In this document: piece by piece, positions 29,199 to 41,855 of the stretch
How the letters are laid out: the number at the start of each line of letters is the position of its first letter
Numbering within the stretch: the stretch's first letter is position 1
Origin: Thermodesulfobacteriota bacterium
GTDB taxonomy: Bacteria; Desulfobacterota; Binatia; Bin18
Reading direction: 5' to 3'
Assembly (NCBI GenBank): GCA_964291405.2
Contig: OZ219926.1
Location: forward strand, 2,432,001 to 2,496,000
Length of the DNA stretch: 64,000 bases
The notes under the pieces: generated by a model
What the model was told of the DNA's origin: nothing
The model's input: only the letters and a program-made list of their open reading frames with translations
Databases searched by the model: none
Made by a program: the position numbers and the translations under genes

Positions 29199-30350
29199 AT
29201 GGAATTCAGTGTCGGCAAGGAAGACCTCCTTCAATGTTTATATCTGGTCCAGGGTGTTGTTGAGAGGCGATCTTCTCTCCCCATGCTCTCCCATGTTCTT
29301 ATCGAATCAAACTCTACGGGAGAGAGCGAAGGGATTATTTCCCTTGGGGCAACAGACCTCGAAATTGGAATCCGTCAGCAGTGCCAGGCAGAAGTGAAAG
29401 CGTCAGGATCAATGACCGCGGATGCACGAAAGTTGTACGAGATCATTCGTGAGCTGCCGTCTGGTCCGATCCGTTTACGCTCAGGTGGAAATGGCTGGGT
29501 GGACGTCACTAGTGGAAAGTCCCGCTTCAGAATCGCCAGTCTAGATCCTAAAGAATTTCCCACAATAACTGGGCAAAAAGAAAAGAAGGAGGAATCCTCC
29601 TCTTCTGATCAATTCATATCTTTGCCTGGACCGACCCTGCGGGAGATGATTGAAAAAACCCTCTTTGCAACCTCACCTGACGAAACGCGACTGAACCTCA
29701 GCGGTGTCTATCTCGAGACCCAGAAAGAGGGGAAAGTGCGTATGGTTGCCAGTGATGGACATCGTCTGTCTCTCATAGAGCGGGAGGTCGATACCTCCTC
29801 GCTGCCAGATTGGCCGAGCGTCATACTTCCGAAAAAAGGCTTGGTTGAAACACGAAAACTCCTTGAGAAGAGCGAGGGAACAATAGACGTTTCCGTCAAC
29901 GATTCGGTTGTCAACCTCAAGAAGGAGACAACCGAACTCTTTATGCGTCTGATTGAGGGTGACTTTCCTGACTATCAGCAAGTTGTTCCAAAAGAGCATA
30001 CGCATCAGATTGAGTTTCCCCGCGATGAATTACTCAGTGCTCTCCGTCGTATCTTGATTCTCACGACAGAACGGTCTCGGGGGATAAAATTACAGTTTGA
30101 AAAAGACAAGATCGAGGTTTCCGTCAATACTCCAGATGTGGGCGAGGGAACCGAGGAGATTGCAGCCTCATACGCTGGAGACGGATTATCAATTGGGTTT
30201 AATGGAAGATATCTGACCGAGGCATTAAATGTCATGAATGAGGGGGATTCTGTCATCCTTTTCCTGAAAGACGAAATGAGCCCAGGACTCCTTCAGCAAA
30301 AGGAGAGCCATGAATTTTCCTACGTTATAATGCCTATGAAAATAAATTAA
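29199..30350 (+). CDS. dnaN: DNA polymerase III beta clamp
   Basis: ATDLEIG, ASDGHRL, RLIEGDFPDY, IGFNGRYL, VIMPM. Confidence 0.97.
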   Translation: MEFSVGKEDLLQCLYLVQGVVERRSSLPMLSHVLIESNSTGESEGIISLGATDLEIGIRQQCQAEVKASGSMTADARKLYEIIRELPSGPIRLRSGGNGWVDVTSGKSRFRIASLDPKEFPTITGQKEKKEESSSSDQFISLPGPTLREMIEKTLFATSPDETRLNLSGVYLETQKEGKVRMVASDGHRLSLIEREVDTSSLPDWPSVILPKKGLVETRKLLEKSEGTIDVSVNDSVVNLKKETTELFMRLIEGDFPDYQQVVPKEHTHQIEFPRDELLSALRRILILTTERSRGIKLQFEKDKIEVSVNTPDVGEGTEEIAASYAGDGLSIGFNGRYLTEALNVMNEGDSVILFLKDEMSPGLLQQKESHEFSYVIMPMKIN

Positions 30351-30411
30351 TAGAAAGATGTTTTATTTTTGTCCGTGGTTTACGTAACGTAAAGAAAATG
30401 CTAAGCTTTGA

Positions 30412-32859
<2,448 letters not shown>

Positions 32860-32903
32860 GCCCACCACGCTCCCTGTTGTAATCAAAAAGGAATCTCCTC
32901 TGT

Positions 32904-35396
32904 ATGGAAGACTATTCTGACTCCCACCCCCTTCCCTCTGTCAATATCGAGCAGGAGATGCGGCAGTCCTATATGGACTACGCCATGAGTGTGATTATTG
33001 GTCGAGCGCTGCCCGATGTCCGTGACGGATTGAAGCCGGTACACCGACGCGTCCTGTACGCCATGCATGACCTCGGGAATGAATGGAATCGTCCATATAA
33101 GAAATCTGCCCGTGTCGTGGGCGACGTAATTGGCAAATACCACCCGCATGGAGATTCGGCCGTCTATGACACCCTTGTGCGTATGGCGCAGGATTTTTCG
33201 TTACGCTATCCGCTCATTGATGGCCAGGGAAACTTTGGCTCTGTTGATGGCGACCCTCCCGCCGCCATGCGGTATACCGAAGTCCGCATGACCCGAATTA
33301 CCTCGGAGTTGCTTGCCGACATTGATCGAGAGACCATTAATTTCATCCCGAACTATGACGATACCAGCCACGAACCAGCTGTTCTCCCAAGTAAATTTCC
33401 CAATCTACTGGTAAACGGCTCTTCTGGAATTGCTGTGGGGATGTCAACCAATATTCCTCCTCACAACCTTGGCGAGGTGATTGATGCCCTCCTGGCTCTG
33501 ATCGAGAACATAGACCTCAAAAACCGTGACCTCATGGAGTACATCCCTGGTCCAGACTTTCCTACTGGAGCCTACATCCACGGACGCTCAGGAGTACGCA
33601 GCGCCTATGAAACTGGGCGGGGCATCATTCAGATGCGGGCTCGGACCTCTATAGAAGAAGATGAGAAGACCGGAAAAAGTCGTATTATTGCACATGAGAT
33701 TCCGTACCAGGTGAATAAGGCCCGTCTGATTGAGCGTATTGCTGATCTGGTCAACGAGAAACGCATTATCGGAATCTCCGACCTGCGTGACGAGTCCGAC
33801 AGGGAGGGCATGCGCATCGTTGTCGAGCTGAAAAGGGATGTTGTCCCACATGTCGTCCTTAATCAGCTGTATAAAATGACCCCTCTTCAGGATTCGTTTG
33901 GGGTCATTCTTCTGGCTATCGTCGATGGCCGCCCTCGCCTCCTGACCCTCAAAGACACTCTCCTGCACTTTCTTGAACATCGCCGAGAGGTGGTCCGCCG
34001 CCGGACTGCCTTTGATCTGCAGAAAGCCAACGAACGCCTCCACCTGCTTGAAGGGCTCAAAAGTGCGCTGGATAATCTCGATCCTGTGCTTCACACCATT
34101 CGTCACGGGCAGAATCCAGCGAGTGTGCGGCAAGCCCTTAAGGACCAATTTGCGCTGACTGAGACACAGGCACAGGCTATTCTTGATATGCGCTTGCAGC
34201 GACTCACCCAACTCGAACAGGAAAAAATTCTCTCCGAGCACAGGGAAACGCTCGGTGTTATTGATTCGCTGCAAAGTATTCTGGCCAGTCCGGAGAAAAT
34301 CGACGGCGTGATCAAAGAAGAGCTGACTGATCTCCGGAGCCGATTTTCCGACGAGCGGAGGACACAGATCCAGTCTGCCAGCGCAGATCTCTCAGACGAA
34401 GACTTGATTGCTGAAGAAGATGTCGTGGTCACCATCTCCCACGCCGGCTACATCAAGAGAAATCCTTTGACCGAATACCGATCGCAGCGGCGGGGAGGAA
34501 AAGGGGTTGTTGGCGCAACAACCCGAGAAGAAGATTTTGTTGAGCATCTCTTTATCTCCTCCACGCATGCCTTCCTGTTATTTTTCTCCTCAATCGGTAA
34601 AGTGTACTGGGTCAAAGTTCATGAAATTCCTCAGGGCAGCCGCATGGCAAAGGGAAAAGCGATAGTCAATCTTCTGCCGCTGCAAGAAGGAGAGAAAATT
34701 TCAGCCTTTCTCCCTATCCGAGAGTTCCGGGACGACGGTTTTATTGTCTTTGCGACCCGTAAAGGGCAGGTCAAGAAAACGAAACTTATGGCCTATGCTA
34801 ATCCTCGTCGCGGTGGAATCATTGCCATTACTCTTGGGGCCGGCGATGAGGTTATAGGCGTCCAACTCACGGACGGTAAACAAGAGATCCTCCTTTCGAC
34901 CAGAAACGGAAAAGCGATTCGATTTGGAGAAGATGAGGTCCGAGCAACCGGCCGCGGCACATCTGGCGTTCGAGGGATGACACTGGAAAAGGGAGACGGC
35001 CTCGTCTCCCTTGAAATCCTCAACCAAGAAGCCACCCTTCTCACAGTGTCGTCCCAAGGGTATGGGAAGCGGAGCAGGATAGAGGACTATCGGCTACAGT
35101 CGCGTGGGGGGAAAGGAATCAGTACAATGCGCACCACGGACAAGACTGGAGCGGTCTGTGGTGCGCGACAGGTGAAGGAGGACGACGACTTGATGCTCGT
35201 GACGGATAGCGGCAAGATAATACGGATTCGGCTTGCTGAGTTGCGGGTGATCGGCAGGAATACCCAAGGTGTTAAACTCTTTAACGTTGGCGCAGATGGA
35301 TACGTCTCCAGTATCGCCTTGGTCGCAGAAGAGGGGAGAGTCGAAAACGGAGAAGCAGTTCTCAATTCACACAGTATGGAGGAGCAACAGCTATGA
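32904..35396 (+). CDS. gyrA: DNA gyrase subunit A
   Basis: [30 protein letters not shown], GyrA-box QRRGGKG. Confidence 0.98.
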   Translation: MEDYSDSHPLPSVNIEQEMRQSYMDYAMSVIIGRALPDVRDGLKPVHRRVLYAMHDLGNEWNRPYKKSARVVGDVIGKYHPHGDSAVYDTLVRMAQDFSLRYPLIDGQGNFGSVDGDPPAAMRYTEVRMTRITSELLADIDRETINFIPNYDDTSHEPAVLPSKFPNLLVNGSSGIAVGMSTNIPPHNLGEVIDALLALIENIDLKNRDLMEYIPGPDFPTGAYIHGRSGVRSAYETGRGIIQMRARTSIEEDEKTGKSRIIAHEIPYQVNKARLIERIADLVNEKRIIGISDLRDESDREGMRIVVELKRDVVPHVVLNQLYKMTPLQDSFGVILLAIVDGRPRLLTLKDTLLHFLEHRREVVRRRTAFDLQKANERLHLLEGLKSALDNLDPVLHTIRHGQNPASVRQALKDQFALTETQAQAILDMRLQRLTQLEQEKILSEHRETLGVIDSLQSILASPEKIDGVIKEELTDLRSRFSDERRTQIQSASADLSDEDLIAEEDVVVTISHAGYIKRNPLTEYRSQRRGGKGVVGATTREEDFVEHLFISSTHAFLLFFSSIGKVYWVKVHEIPQGSRMAKGKAIVNLLPLQEGEKISAFLPIREFRDDGFIVFATRKGQVKKTKLMAYANPRRGGIIAITLGAGDEVIGVQLTDGKQEILLSTRNGKAIRFGEDEVRATGRGTSGVRGMTLEKGDGLVSLEILNQEATLLTVSSQGYGKRSRIEDYRLQSRGGKGISTMRTTDKTGAVCGARQVKEDDDLMLVTDSGKIIRIRLAELRVIGRNTQGVKLFNVGADGYVSSIALVAEEGRVENGEAVLNSHSMEEQQL

Positions 35397-35863
35397 GCAT
35401 TCAGGTAGGCCAAACAGCCCCGGATTTTACACTCAAGACCAATAAGATGCAGGATTTTGCACTCAGTGAGGCGAAGGGGAAGAAGAATACCGTCATCCTT
35501 TTTGTTCCCTTCGCCTTTACCGGTGGGTGAACGAAGGAATTGTGCTCGGTTCGAGACAATATCAACACGTTGCAGAATGACGATACTCAGGTTGTGGCCA
35601 TTAGCGTGGACAGCCCTTTCTCGCTTGACGCATGGGCGGCGAAAGAAGGCTATGATTTTCCACTGCTGAGTGACTTTGGGAAAGAAGTCTCTCAGGCGTA
35701 CGGGTCGTTCTATGAAGACTTGATTGGTTTCAAAGGCGTCTCCAAACGTTCGGCCTTTGTCGTAGACAAGAGCGGGACGGTCCGGTACGCTTGGATTACA
35801 GAAGACGCCAGCCAGCTTCCTGACCTGGACCCCATACGGGACTGTCTCCAGAATTGCGGATAA
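35393..35863 (+). CDS. Peroxiredoxin (AhpC/TSA, AhpE/BCP-like), probable selenoprotein with UGA at codon 46
   Basis: [15 protein letters not shown]...[18 protein letters not shown]...AISVDSPF...FPLLSDF...KRSAFVVDK; in-frame TGA at 35528-35530 at the peroxidatic Cys position. Confidence 0.85.
35539..35560 (+). promoter_or_regulatory. Putative bacterial SECIS hairpin
   Basis: ATTGT-G-CTCG-GTT-CGAG-ACAAT stem-loop starting 8 nt after the UGA, with G at the start of the apical loop. Confidence 0.65.
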
Positions 35864-35900
35864 GATGACCTCGCATACTGAAGGGCGGGGCTCACTCAGC

Positions 35901-35951
35901 AAAGAGTAAACGTGCCTAGCTTCTTTGAATTGGAGGGCACGTTTACTCTTT
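35901..35951. repeat. Palindromic element copy 7 (contains stop of the 84-aa ORF)
   Basis: AAAGAGTAAACGTGCC-TAGCTTCTTTGAATTGGAG-GGCACGTTTACTCTTT. Confidence 0.95.
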
Positions 35952-36197
35952 CTCGCCTTTCCTTCCCTTCCCCCGTATCACCAGGAGAATGAGTAGCGTG
36001 AGGGCCCATATGCCAAACAGCAGCCCACTCACGACCCAGGGGTAGAGTGGCCGGTTATTTCTTTTGGCCATGAGGCCACAGGCAATCCCGTCAAGAAAGT
36101 GAATAAAGAGCGTCGTCCCAACAAGCGCCGGAAAGGTAATGGTCTCGTCGAGGAAACGTAAGCCGGTGAAATACCCAAGAAAGACTGCGAAATCCAC
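35943..36197 (-). CDS. Small membrane protein
   Basis: Hydrophobic; W..GLLFGIWAL pattern; GGAG RBS. Confidence 0.65.
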   Translation of the reverse strand: MDFAVFLGYFTGLRFLDETITFPALVGTTLFIHFLDGIACGLMAKRNNRPLYPWVVSGLLFGIWALTLLILLVIRGKGRKGEKE

Positions 36198-36265
36198 ATG
36201 ATCTCCCTATTGCTGACCGGGTTGTTCCTGTCGGATTTTCCTGAACAGCATCTTACTCCCTGAGT

Positions 36266-36604
36266 ATGGACGAAGAGAAAACGGTTTTCGAGAAGCTCTA
36301 CGAGGCAAATAGAGAGAACTTTACAAATCTTGTAAAGGACCTCTTGGCACAGGGCTGCATGCACGACGTTATGGAGAAGACGTTTCGGGACACTGTTCAG
36401 GCGAGGGAAGAAGTCGCCCGCAATATGGAGGCGATACTCTCTCTGCTGAATATACCCTCCAGGACAGATTACGAGCATCTAGTGGAAAGGGTTGAAGAAG
36501 TCCAAGGCAATCTGCTCAACCTCAATATGAAGCTTGACCGTTTACTCGCGAAAAAAGACAAGACGCACCGACGTTCCACTGGTAAAAAAAAGAAGAAAAA
36601 ATAG
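36266..36604 (+). CDS. Phasin/PhaE-like coiled-coil protein
   Basis: LLNIPSRTDYEHLVERVE resembles the PHA granule-associated NLPSR motif; basic tail. Confidence 0.5.
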   Translation: MDEEKTVFEKLYEANRENFTNLVKDLLAQGCMHDVMEKTFRDTVQAREEVARNMEAILSLLNIPSRTDYEHLVERVEEVQGNLLNLNMKLDRLLAKKDKTHRRSTGKKKKKK

Positions 36605-36643
36605 GAAAGGCTGCAATCACCGCGTGGTGGTAAGCCCCCAATC

Positions 36644-37336
36644 ATGGCGTCGCCCATCCACACTTGGCCCGAATCTGACCGACCGCGTGAGAAACTGATC
36701 GAGCACGGGGCGGCAGCCCTCTCCAATGCAGAACTCCTTGCTATTATCCTCCGTACCGGCGATGCAAGTTCAGGACAGAGCGCGCTTGACCACGGTCGGG
36801 CGCTTGTCTCCCGTTTTGGGGACTCTTTCCGAAAACTGGAAGAGGCGAGCACGGCCGAACTGTGCGAGGTCAAAGGTATCGGGCCGGCAAAAGCCGCACA
36901 GATAAAAGCCTCATTGGAGATTGCGAAGCGCTTCTCACAAGAAGAAATTCGACGGGGCGATTCGTTTAGCTCAAGTGCTGATGTCTTCAATCACTACCGT
37001 GAACAACTCGGCAGTCTCAAAAAAGAAGAATTTCACGTGCTTCTCCTGGACGCCAAAAACCGAAAACTCAAAGACGTGCGTGTATCGGAGGGCTCTTTGA
37101 CCTCCTCCTTGGTCCACCCCCGTGAGGTTTTTCAGCCCATCATCCGCGAGTCGGCCGCGGCCGCGATCTTGGTGCATAACCACCCCAGTGGCGATCCGAT
37201 GCCGAGCCAGGAAGACCTCAAAATCACCCAGCGCCTCAGGGAGGTCGGAGAAGTGATGGGCATCCACATTCTGGACCACCTGATTATTGGCAAAGGCCGC
37301 TATATTAGTTTTGTCGATGATGGGTACTGGGATTAA
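36644..37336 (+). CDS. radC: RadC/JAB domain protein
   Basis: DRPREKL, VHPREVF, VHNHPSGDPMPS..D, LDHLIIG. Confidence 0.95.
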   Translation: MASPIHTWPESDRPREKLIEHGAAALSNAELLAIILRTGDASSGQSALDHGRALVSRFGDSFRKLEEASTAELCEVKGIGPAKAAQIKASLEIAKRFSQEEIRRGDSFSSSADVFNHYREQLGSLKKEEFHVLLLDAKNRKLKDVRVSEGSLTSSLVHPREVFQPIIRESAAAAILVHNHPSGDPMPSQEDLKITQRLREVGEVMGIHILDHLIIGKGRYISFVDDGYWD

Positions 37337-37386
37337 AGAGTAAATGTGTCCTCCAATAAACATGATGCTGGACACGTTTACTCTTT
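37335..37386. repeat. Palindromic element copy 8 (overlaps radC stop)
   Basis: AAAGAGTAAATGTGTCC-TCCAATAAACATGATGCT-GGACACGTTTACTCTTT. Confidence 0.95.
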
Positions 37387-37393
37387 AGAGGCC

Positions 37394-38240
37394 ATGGGAC
37401 TCAATAGGAGCCTGCTTGGCAAGGAGTACGACCCGCAGTCGTATGTCGTCAGCGCCGAGGCAATCATGGCCTACGCGCGTGCGTATAATGAGGATAACGC
37501 TTGGTTTTTTGACGCAGACAGACCCGAAGGCATTCTTGCGCCACCGATGTTTGGTGCTGTGACAAGCTGGCTCTCGCTGATGATGGTCGTGACTGACGCC
37601 GAGCTGAATGTCGATGTCCTCCGCCTGGTTCACAGTCGGCAAGACATGCGCTTCCTCCATCCGATTGTTCCGGGAGACACTATCAACAGCACGGCACGAA
37701 TTGTCGCTGTTGAGGAGCAGCCTGGAGGGGAGTCTCTTGCCGTTGATATTGACTGTTGTAATCAGACGGGCGAGACCGTTCAGCACATCACATTTACCGC
37801 CTTTATCCGAGACCAGGGACATCGCCCCCGGAAGAGAACAGCGGCCAACGAGACTCCCGATAGCGAACCCCTGTATCGTATCTCCCAGACCATCGACGCG
37901 GATCAAACATTTCGCTATGCGAAAGCGTCAGGAGATCACAATCCCATTCACATCGATGAAAACGTCGCCAAGCTGGCAGGACTGCCGGGCATTATCGTCC
38001 ACGGCCTGTGCACCTTGGCGTTTGCATCCAAAGCCATTATTGACAGCGTATGCGAGAAAGGACCCCCGCCGCCTCAAGCGGCTCAGCGCCGGATTCGCTC
38101 GACCGGTGCTCCCCGGTCAGACGATTACCACAGCCATATGGCCGGATACAAATCCAGGCTCCTATCGATATGAGACGGTCAATCCCAACGGGCGAGCCGT
38201 CATCAAGCCCGGCTATGCGGAGATTAGAGAGGTTTTGTAG
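37394..38240 (+). CDS. Double hot-dog MaoC dehydratase with apparent +1 frameshift near 38055-38066
   Basis: YAKASGDHNPIHIDE, IVHGLCTLAF in one frame; DPRRLKRLSAGFARPVLPGQTI continues in another frame; span 847 nt = 3n+1. Confidence 0.75.
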
Positions 38241-38253
38241 AAACCTGAGGTGG

Positions 38254-38692
38254 CTAGAACGGCACGTCATCATCCGGGGGAACTGAGCCCGCCCCAGCAT
38301 CATCAAAACCGCCGCTTGGCCCGTCATCAAACGACTGCCCCGAACGTGCTCCTCCGCCGTCACGACCGCCGAGGAACGTCACGTTGCTGAGCGTTGATCT
38401 CAGTAAAATACCGTTTATTCCCTTCCCTGTCCTCGTAACTGCGTGGACGGATGGACCCCTCAATATACACTTGTCGGCCTTTGGAGAGATATTGGCCGCA
38501 CGTCTCAGCTTGTTTGCCCCACACCACAATATTGTGCCAGTCTGTGCGTTCCTGCCGGTCGCTTTCCCGGCCTGTCCAGGTCTCTGTCGTGGCCACGGTG
38601 AAACTTGCCACGGCCTGCCCACTCTGCGTGTAGCGCACCTCTGGATCTCTGCCGAGATTTCCAACAATAATCGCTTTGTTCACCGAAGCCAT
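38254..38692 (-). CDS. ssb: Single-stranded DNA-binding protein with apparent +1 frameshift near 38387
   Basis: MASVNKAIIVGNLGRDPEVRY OB fold; NVTFLGG...DDDVPF tail is in a different frame; span 439 nt = 3n+1. Confidence 0.88.
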
Positions 38693-38847
38693 GGCGTTTC
38701 CTCCCTGTCCTGAGCCTATTGAAGGGCCTGACGGGAACCGTACCAACCCCGTCTTTTGAAGTCAATCTGACCGGCCAGAGGGGCATGGGGATTGTTGCTC
38801 TTCTCTTGCTCGCTTATATTCGTTCCCGTCTGCATGAGGAAAACATA

Positions 38848-40626
38848 ATGCTAAAGGCTCGTATTGTCCAAAGAGGAAAGCGTATTCTCTTGTTGCTGGT
38901 CGTACTCATCCCCTTTACCGGAATGGCGTATGGCGCGGATACGCCTGGCCTTGGAGAAAATTCTCCATTCGTCTCAACCTCCCGGCACGGTATGGTCGTT
39001 GCCGCGAACGCGCCAGCGAGCGAAGCCGGTGCCGCCATGCTCCGCCGGGGAGGCAATGCGGTTGATGCGGCGGTTGCCACATCCTTTGCCATCAGCGTGC
39101 TCAGGCCACAGTCAACCGGAATAGGCGGCGGCGGTTTTCTGCTGCTCTATCTGGCGAAGGAAGGAAAAACCCTGGCGATTGATTTCCGCGAGCGGGCGCC
39201 GCTCAAAGCTACCCGAGACATGTTTGTCCGGGACGGAGAAGCCGTCCCCTCCCTGAGCCGCACCGGACCGCTGGCCGTCGCCGTGCCCGGTATCGTTGCC
39301 GGACTGGTGGAGGTCCAGCAACGATACGGCAGCTTATCGCTCGCAGAGGTCATGCAACCCGCCATTCGTCTGGCAGACGAGGGATTTCCGGTCTATCCGC
39401 ATTTGGCCCGCGCCATAGCCTACCGAGCCGAGGTCTTAGGGGAATCCAACGCAACCCGTGCGGTGTATTACCGGAACGATCAACCGCTCAAACAGGACGA
39501 CCTCTTTGTCCAAAAAGACTTGGCCAATACCCTGCGGGCTATTGCCAAGGACGGTAAGGCTGCCTTCTACACCGGCCGGGTGGCAGAGGCAATTGTCACG
39601 GAAATGCAACGGATAGGCGGCTTGCTGACCCAGGAAGATTTGGATCAGTATAGCGTGATTGACCGTACGCCGGTGACGGGAACCTTCCAGGGGGCGCGCA
39701 TCTATTCCATGCCGCTGCCGAGCTCTGGAGGCATTCTGCTTGTCCAGATGCTGAATGTCTTGTCAGGATTTCCTCTGCAAAAGCTCGGATTCCAGACTCC
39801 CGGACCTACGCATATCCTGACAGAAACCATGCGCAGGGCCTTTCGTGACCGAGCCCGTTACCTGGGCGATACGGATTTTGTGTCCGTTCCCGTTGAGCGT
39901 CTCGTCTCTCCCGCATACGCAGAAGACGTACGGGCGAATATAGATGTCTCCAAAGCCACGCCCAGCCAGGGCATTCCGCAAACACCAACAGGCCGGATAG
40001 AGTCGACGAGCACGACTCATCTGTCCGTCACTGACAAAGATGGCAACGCCGTGGCCACAACCCAGACGGTGAACCTGTATTTCGGCAGTGGGGTCATGGT
40101 TCCCGGAACCGGTATTATGCTCAACGACGAGATGGACGATTTCAACGCCCAGCCCGACCATCCCAACGCCTTTGGCCTGATTGGCAATACGGACGCGAAT
40201 GCTATCGCCCCTCGGAAGACGCCACTGAGCAGCATGAGTCCAACCATTGTGGCCCGGGACGGAAAAGTCGAACTCGTAATTGGCGGACCCGGCGGGTCGC
40301 GCATAATCAGCTCGGTTCTGCAAGTCATGCTCAATGTCCTCGCCTACCAGATGTCCTTGCCGGATGCCATGTTTGCCACGCGCATTCATCATCAGTGGTA
40401 TCCGGACCGGCTGAACCTGGAAGTCCAAACGGGCAGTGAACCGAACGGGCTCATCGAAAAGCTTCAGGCTATGGGCCACACTGTGAAGGTCGTGGAATGG
40501 GGCCCCGGCAAGCGTTCCCGCTTTGGTAACATCCAGGCGATTCATGTTGACCAAGAGTCCGGACTGATAACCGGGGTCTCCGATCCCCGCGGAGAAGGAC
40601 AACCGCGCGGCCTGGACGCCGGGTAG
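38848..40626 (+). CDS. ggt: Gamma-glutamyltransferase
   Basis: GGNAVDAAVA, GIGGGGF, IDFRERAP, TTHLSV, PLSSMSPT, GGPGGSRI. Confidence 0.94.
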   Translation: MLKARIVQRGKRILLLLVVLIPFTGMAYGADTPGLGENSPFVSTSRHGMVVAANAPASEAGAAMLRRGGNAVDAAVATSFAISVLRPQSTGIGGGGFLLLYLAKEGKTLAIDFRERAPLKATRDMFVRDGEAVPSLSRTGPLAVAVPGIVAGLVEVQQRYGSLSLAEVMQPAIRLADEGFPVYPHLARAIAYRAEVLGESNATRAVYYRNDQPLKQDDLFVQKDLANTLRAIAKDGKAAFYTGRVAEAIVTEMQRIGGLLTQEDLDQYSVIDRTPVTGTFQGARIYSMPLPSSGGILLVQMLNVLSGFPLQKLGFQTPGPTHILTETMRRAFRDRARYLGDTDFVSVPVERLVSPAYAEDVRANIDVSKATPSQGIPQTPTGRIESTSTTHLSVTDKDGNAVATTQTVNLYFGSGVMVPGTGIMLNDEMDDFNAQPDHPNAFGLIGNTDANAIAPRKTPLSSMSPTIVARDGKVELVIGGPGGSRIISSVLQVMLNVLAYQMSLPDAMFATRIHHQWYPDRLNLEVQTGSEPNGLIEKLQAMGHTVKVVEWGPGKRSRFGNIQAIHVDQESGLITGVSDPRGEGQPRGLDAG

Positions 40627-40673
40627 CGGAAGGGGCTAGGATCAAGCCAGTTTCTTTGCGAAGGGAGTCTGCC

Positions 40674-41855
40674 GTGGCGGATTTTATAGACACCGATTTC
40701 TATCTCATTGAAGAACTGTTGAGTGAAGAAGAACGCCTGGTACGTGATGTGGCGCGCCGCTTCGTGGATGAGGAGTTCCTACCCAGGGTGCAGCAGTGTT
40801 TCCGCGAAGGCTCTTTTCCCATGGAGCTTGTCCCCCGACTGGCCGAGCTGGGCTTTCTGGGAGTGACGGTGCCAACCGAGTACGGCGGTGCCGGTATGAA
40901 CAGCGTCGTCTACGGCCTGATCAGCCAGGAGCTCGAGCGCGGGGATAGTGGGTTGCGTTCATTCGCCAGCGTGCAGTCGTCCTTGGTGATGTATCCGATT
41001 CTGACGTTTGGCTCGGAGGAGCAAAAGAAATTCTGGCTGCCCCGCCTGGCGCGGGCCGAGGCTATTGGGTGCTTTGGCCTGACCGAACCGGACTTTGGCT
41101 CGAATCCGGGTGGGATGATAACCCGCGCGCGGCGGGAAAACGGGGGTTACCTGCTCAACGGAACCAAGCGCTGGATCACCAACGGCTCAATCTCTGATGT
41201 GGCTGTGGTGTGGGCCAAGCTCGAAGAGGACGGCACGGATGTGATTCGTGGCTTCCTGGTTGAAAAAGAACGCGCAGGTTTCACCCGGCAAAACATTGAC
41301 GGAAAATTCAGTTTTCGGGCGTCCGTGACTTCGGAGTTGATTTTCGAGGATTGCTGGATTCCTGAAGACAATCTGCTGCCGAAGACCGGTGGCCTCAAAT
41401 CCCCGCTCATGTGCCTGACCCAGGCGCGTTACGGAATCTCCTGGGGTGCGACCGGGGCGGCCATAGCCTGCTATGAGTGCGCGGTCGATTACGCCCAAAA
41501 CCGCAAGATGTTCTCGCGCCCGATCGGCGGCTATCAGCTCGTACAGGCCAAACTCGTGACCATGCTGACCGAGATCACGAAAGCGCAGCTTTTGGCCTAC
41601 CGGCTGGGCCGACTCAAGGACGCGGGCAAGATGCGGCCGGACCAAGTCAGTATGGCCAAGATGAATAATGTTTCGACCGCGTTGCACACCACGCGGCTCG
41701 CTCGGGACATTCTCGGCGGGAACGGCATCACGGATGAGTATCCGATTATTCGCCATCTCCTCAACCTTGAGACGGTCAATACCTACGAAGGCACCGAGGA
41801 TATCCACCGCCTGACGCTTGGCCGCTATATTACCGGGTTGAGTGCGTTTGAGTGA
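40674..41855 (+). CDS. Acyl-CoA dehydrogenase, glutaryl-CoA dehydrogenase-like
   Basis: ELERGDSGLRSFASVQSSLVMYPI, GCFGLTEPDFGSNP, NLETVNTYEGTEDIH. Confidence 0.9.
   Translation: MADFIDTDFYLIEELLSEEERLVRDVARRFVDEEFLPRVQQCFREGSFPMELVPRLAELGFLGVTVPTEYGGAGMNSVVYGLISQELERGDSGLRSFASVQSSLVMYPILTFGSEEQKKFWLPRLARAEAIGCFGLTEPDFGSNPGGMITRARRENGGYLLNGTKRWITNGSISDVAVVWAKLEEDGTDVIRGFLVEKERAGFTRQNIDGKFSFRASVTSELIFEDCWIPEDNLLPKTGGLKSPLMCLTQARYGISWGATGAAIACYECAVDYAQNRKMFSRPIGGYQLVQAKLVTMLTEITKAQLLAYRLGRLKDAGKMRPDQVSMAKMNNVSTALHTTRLARDILGGNGITDEYPIIRHLLNLETVNTYEGTEDIHRLTLGRYITGLSAFE

Noticed and set aside
35087-35902. 271-aa minus-strand ORF
   Set aside because: Antisense shadow of the gyrA 3' end and the peroxiredoxin; no recognisable motifs.
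36644-37336. radC as marker of a mobile element
   Set aside because: It is the full-length chromosomal type with N-terminal HhH region; no integrase or other mobility genes are nearby.
37346-37393. N-terminal extension of the MaoC ORF (MSSNKHDAGHVYSL)
   Set aside because: It is repeat-derived; ATG 37394 has a GAGG RBS and fits the family start better.
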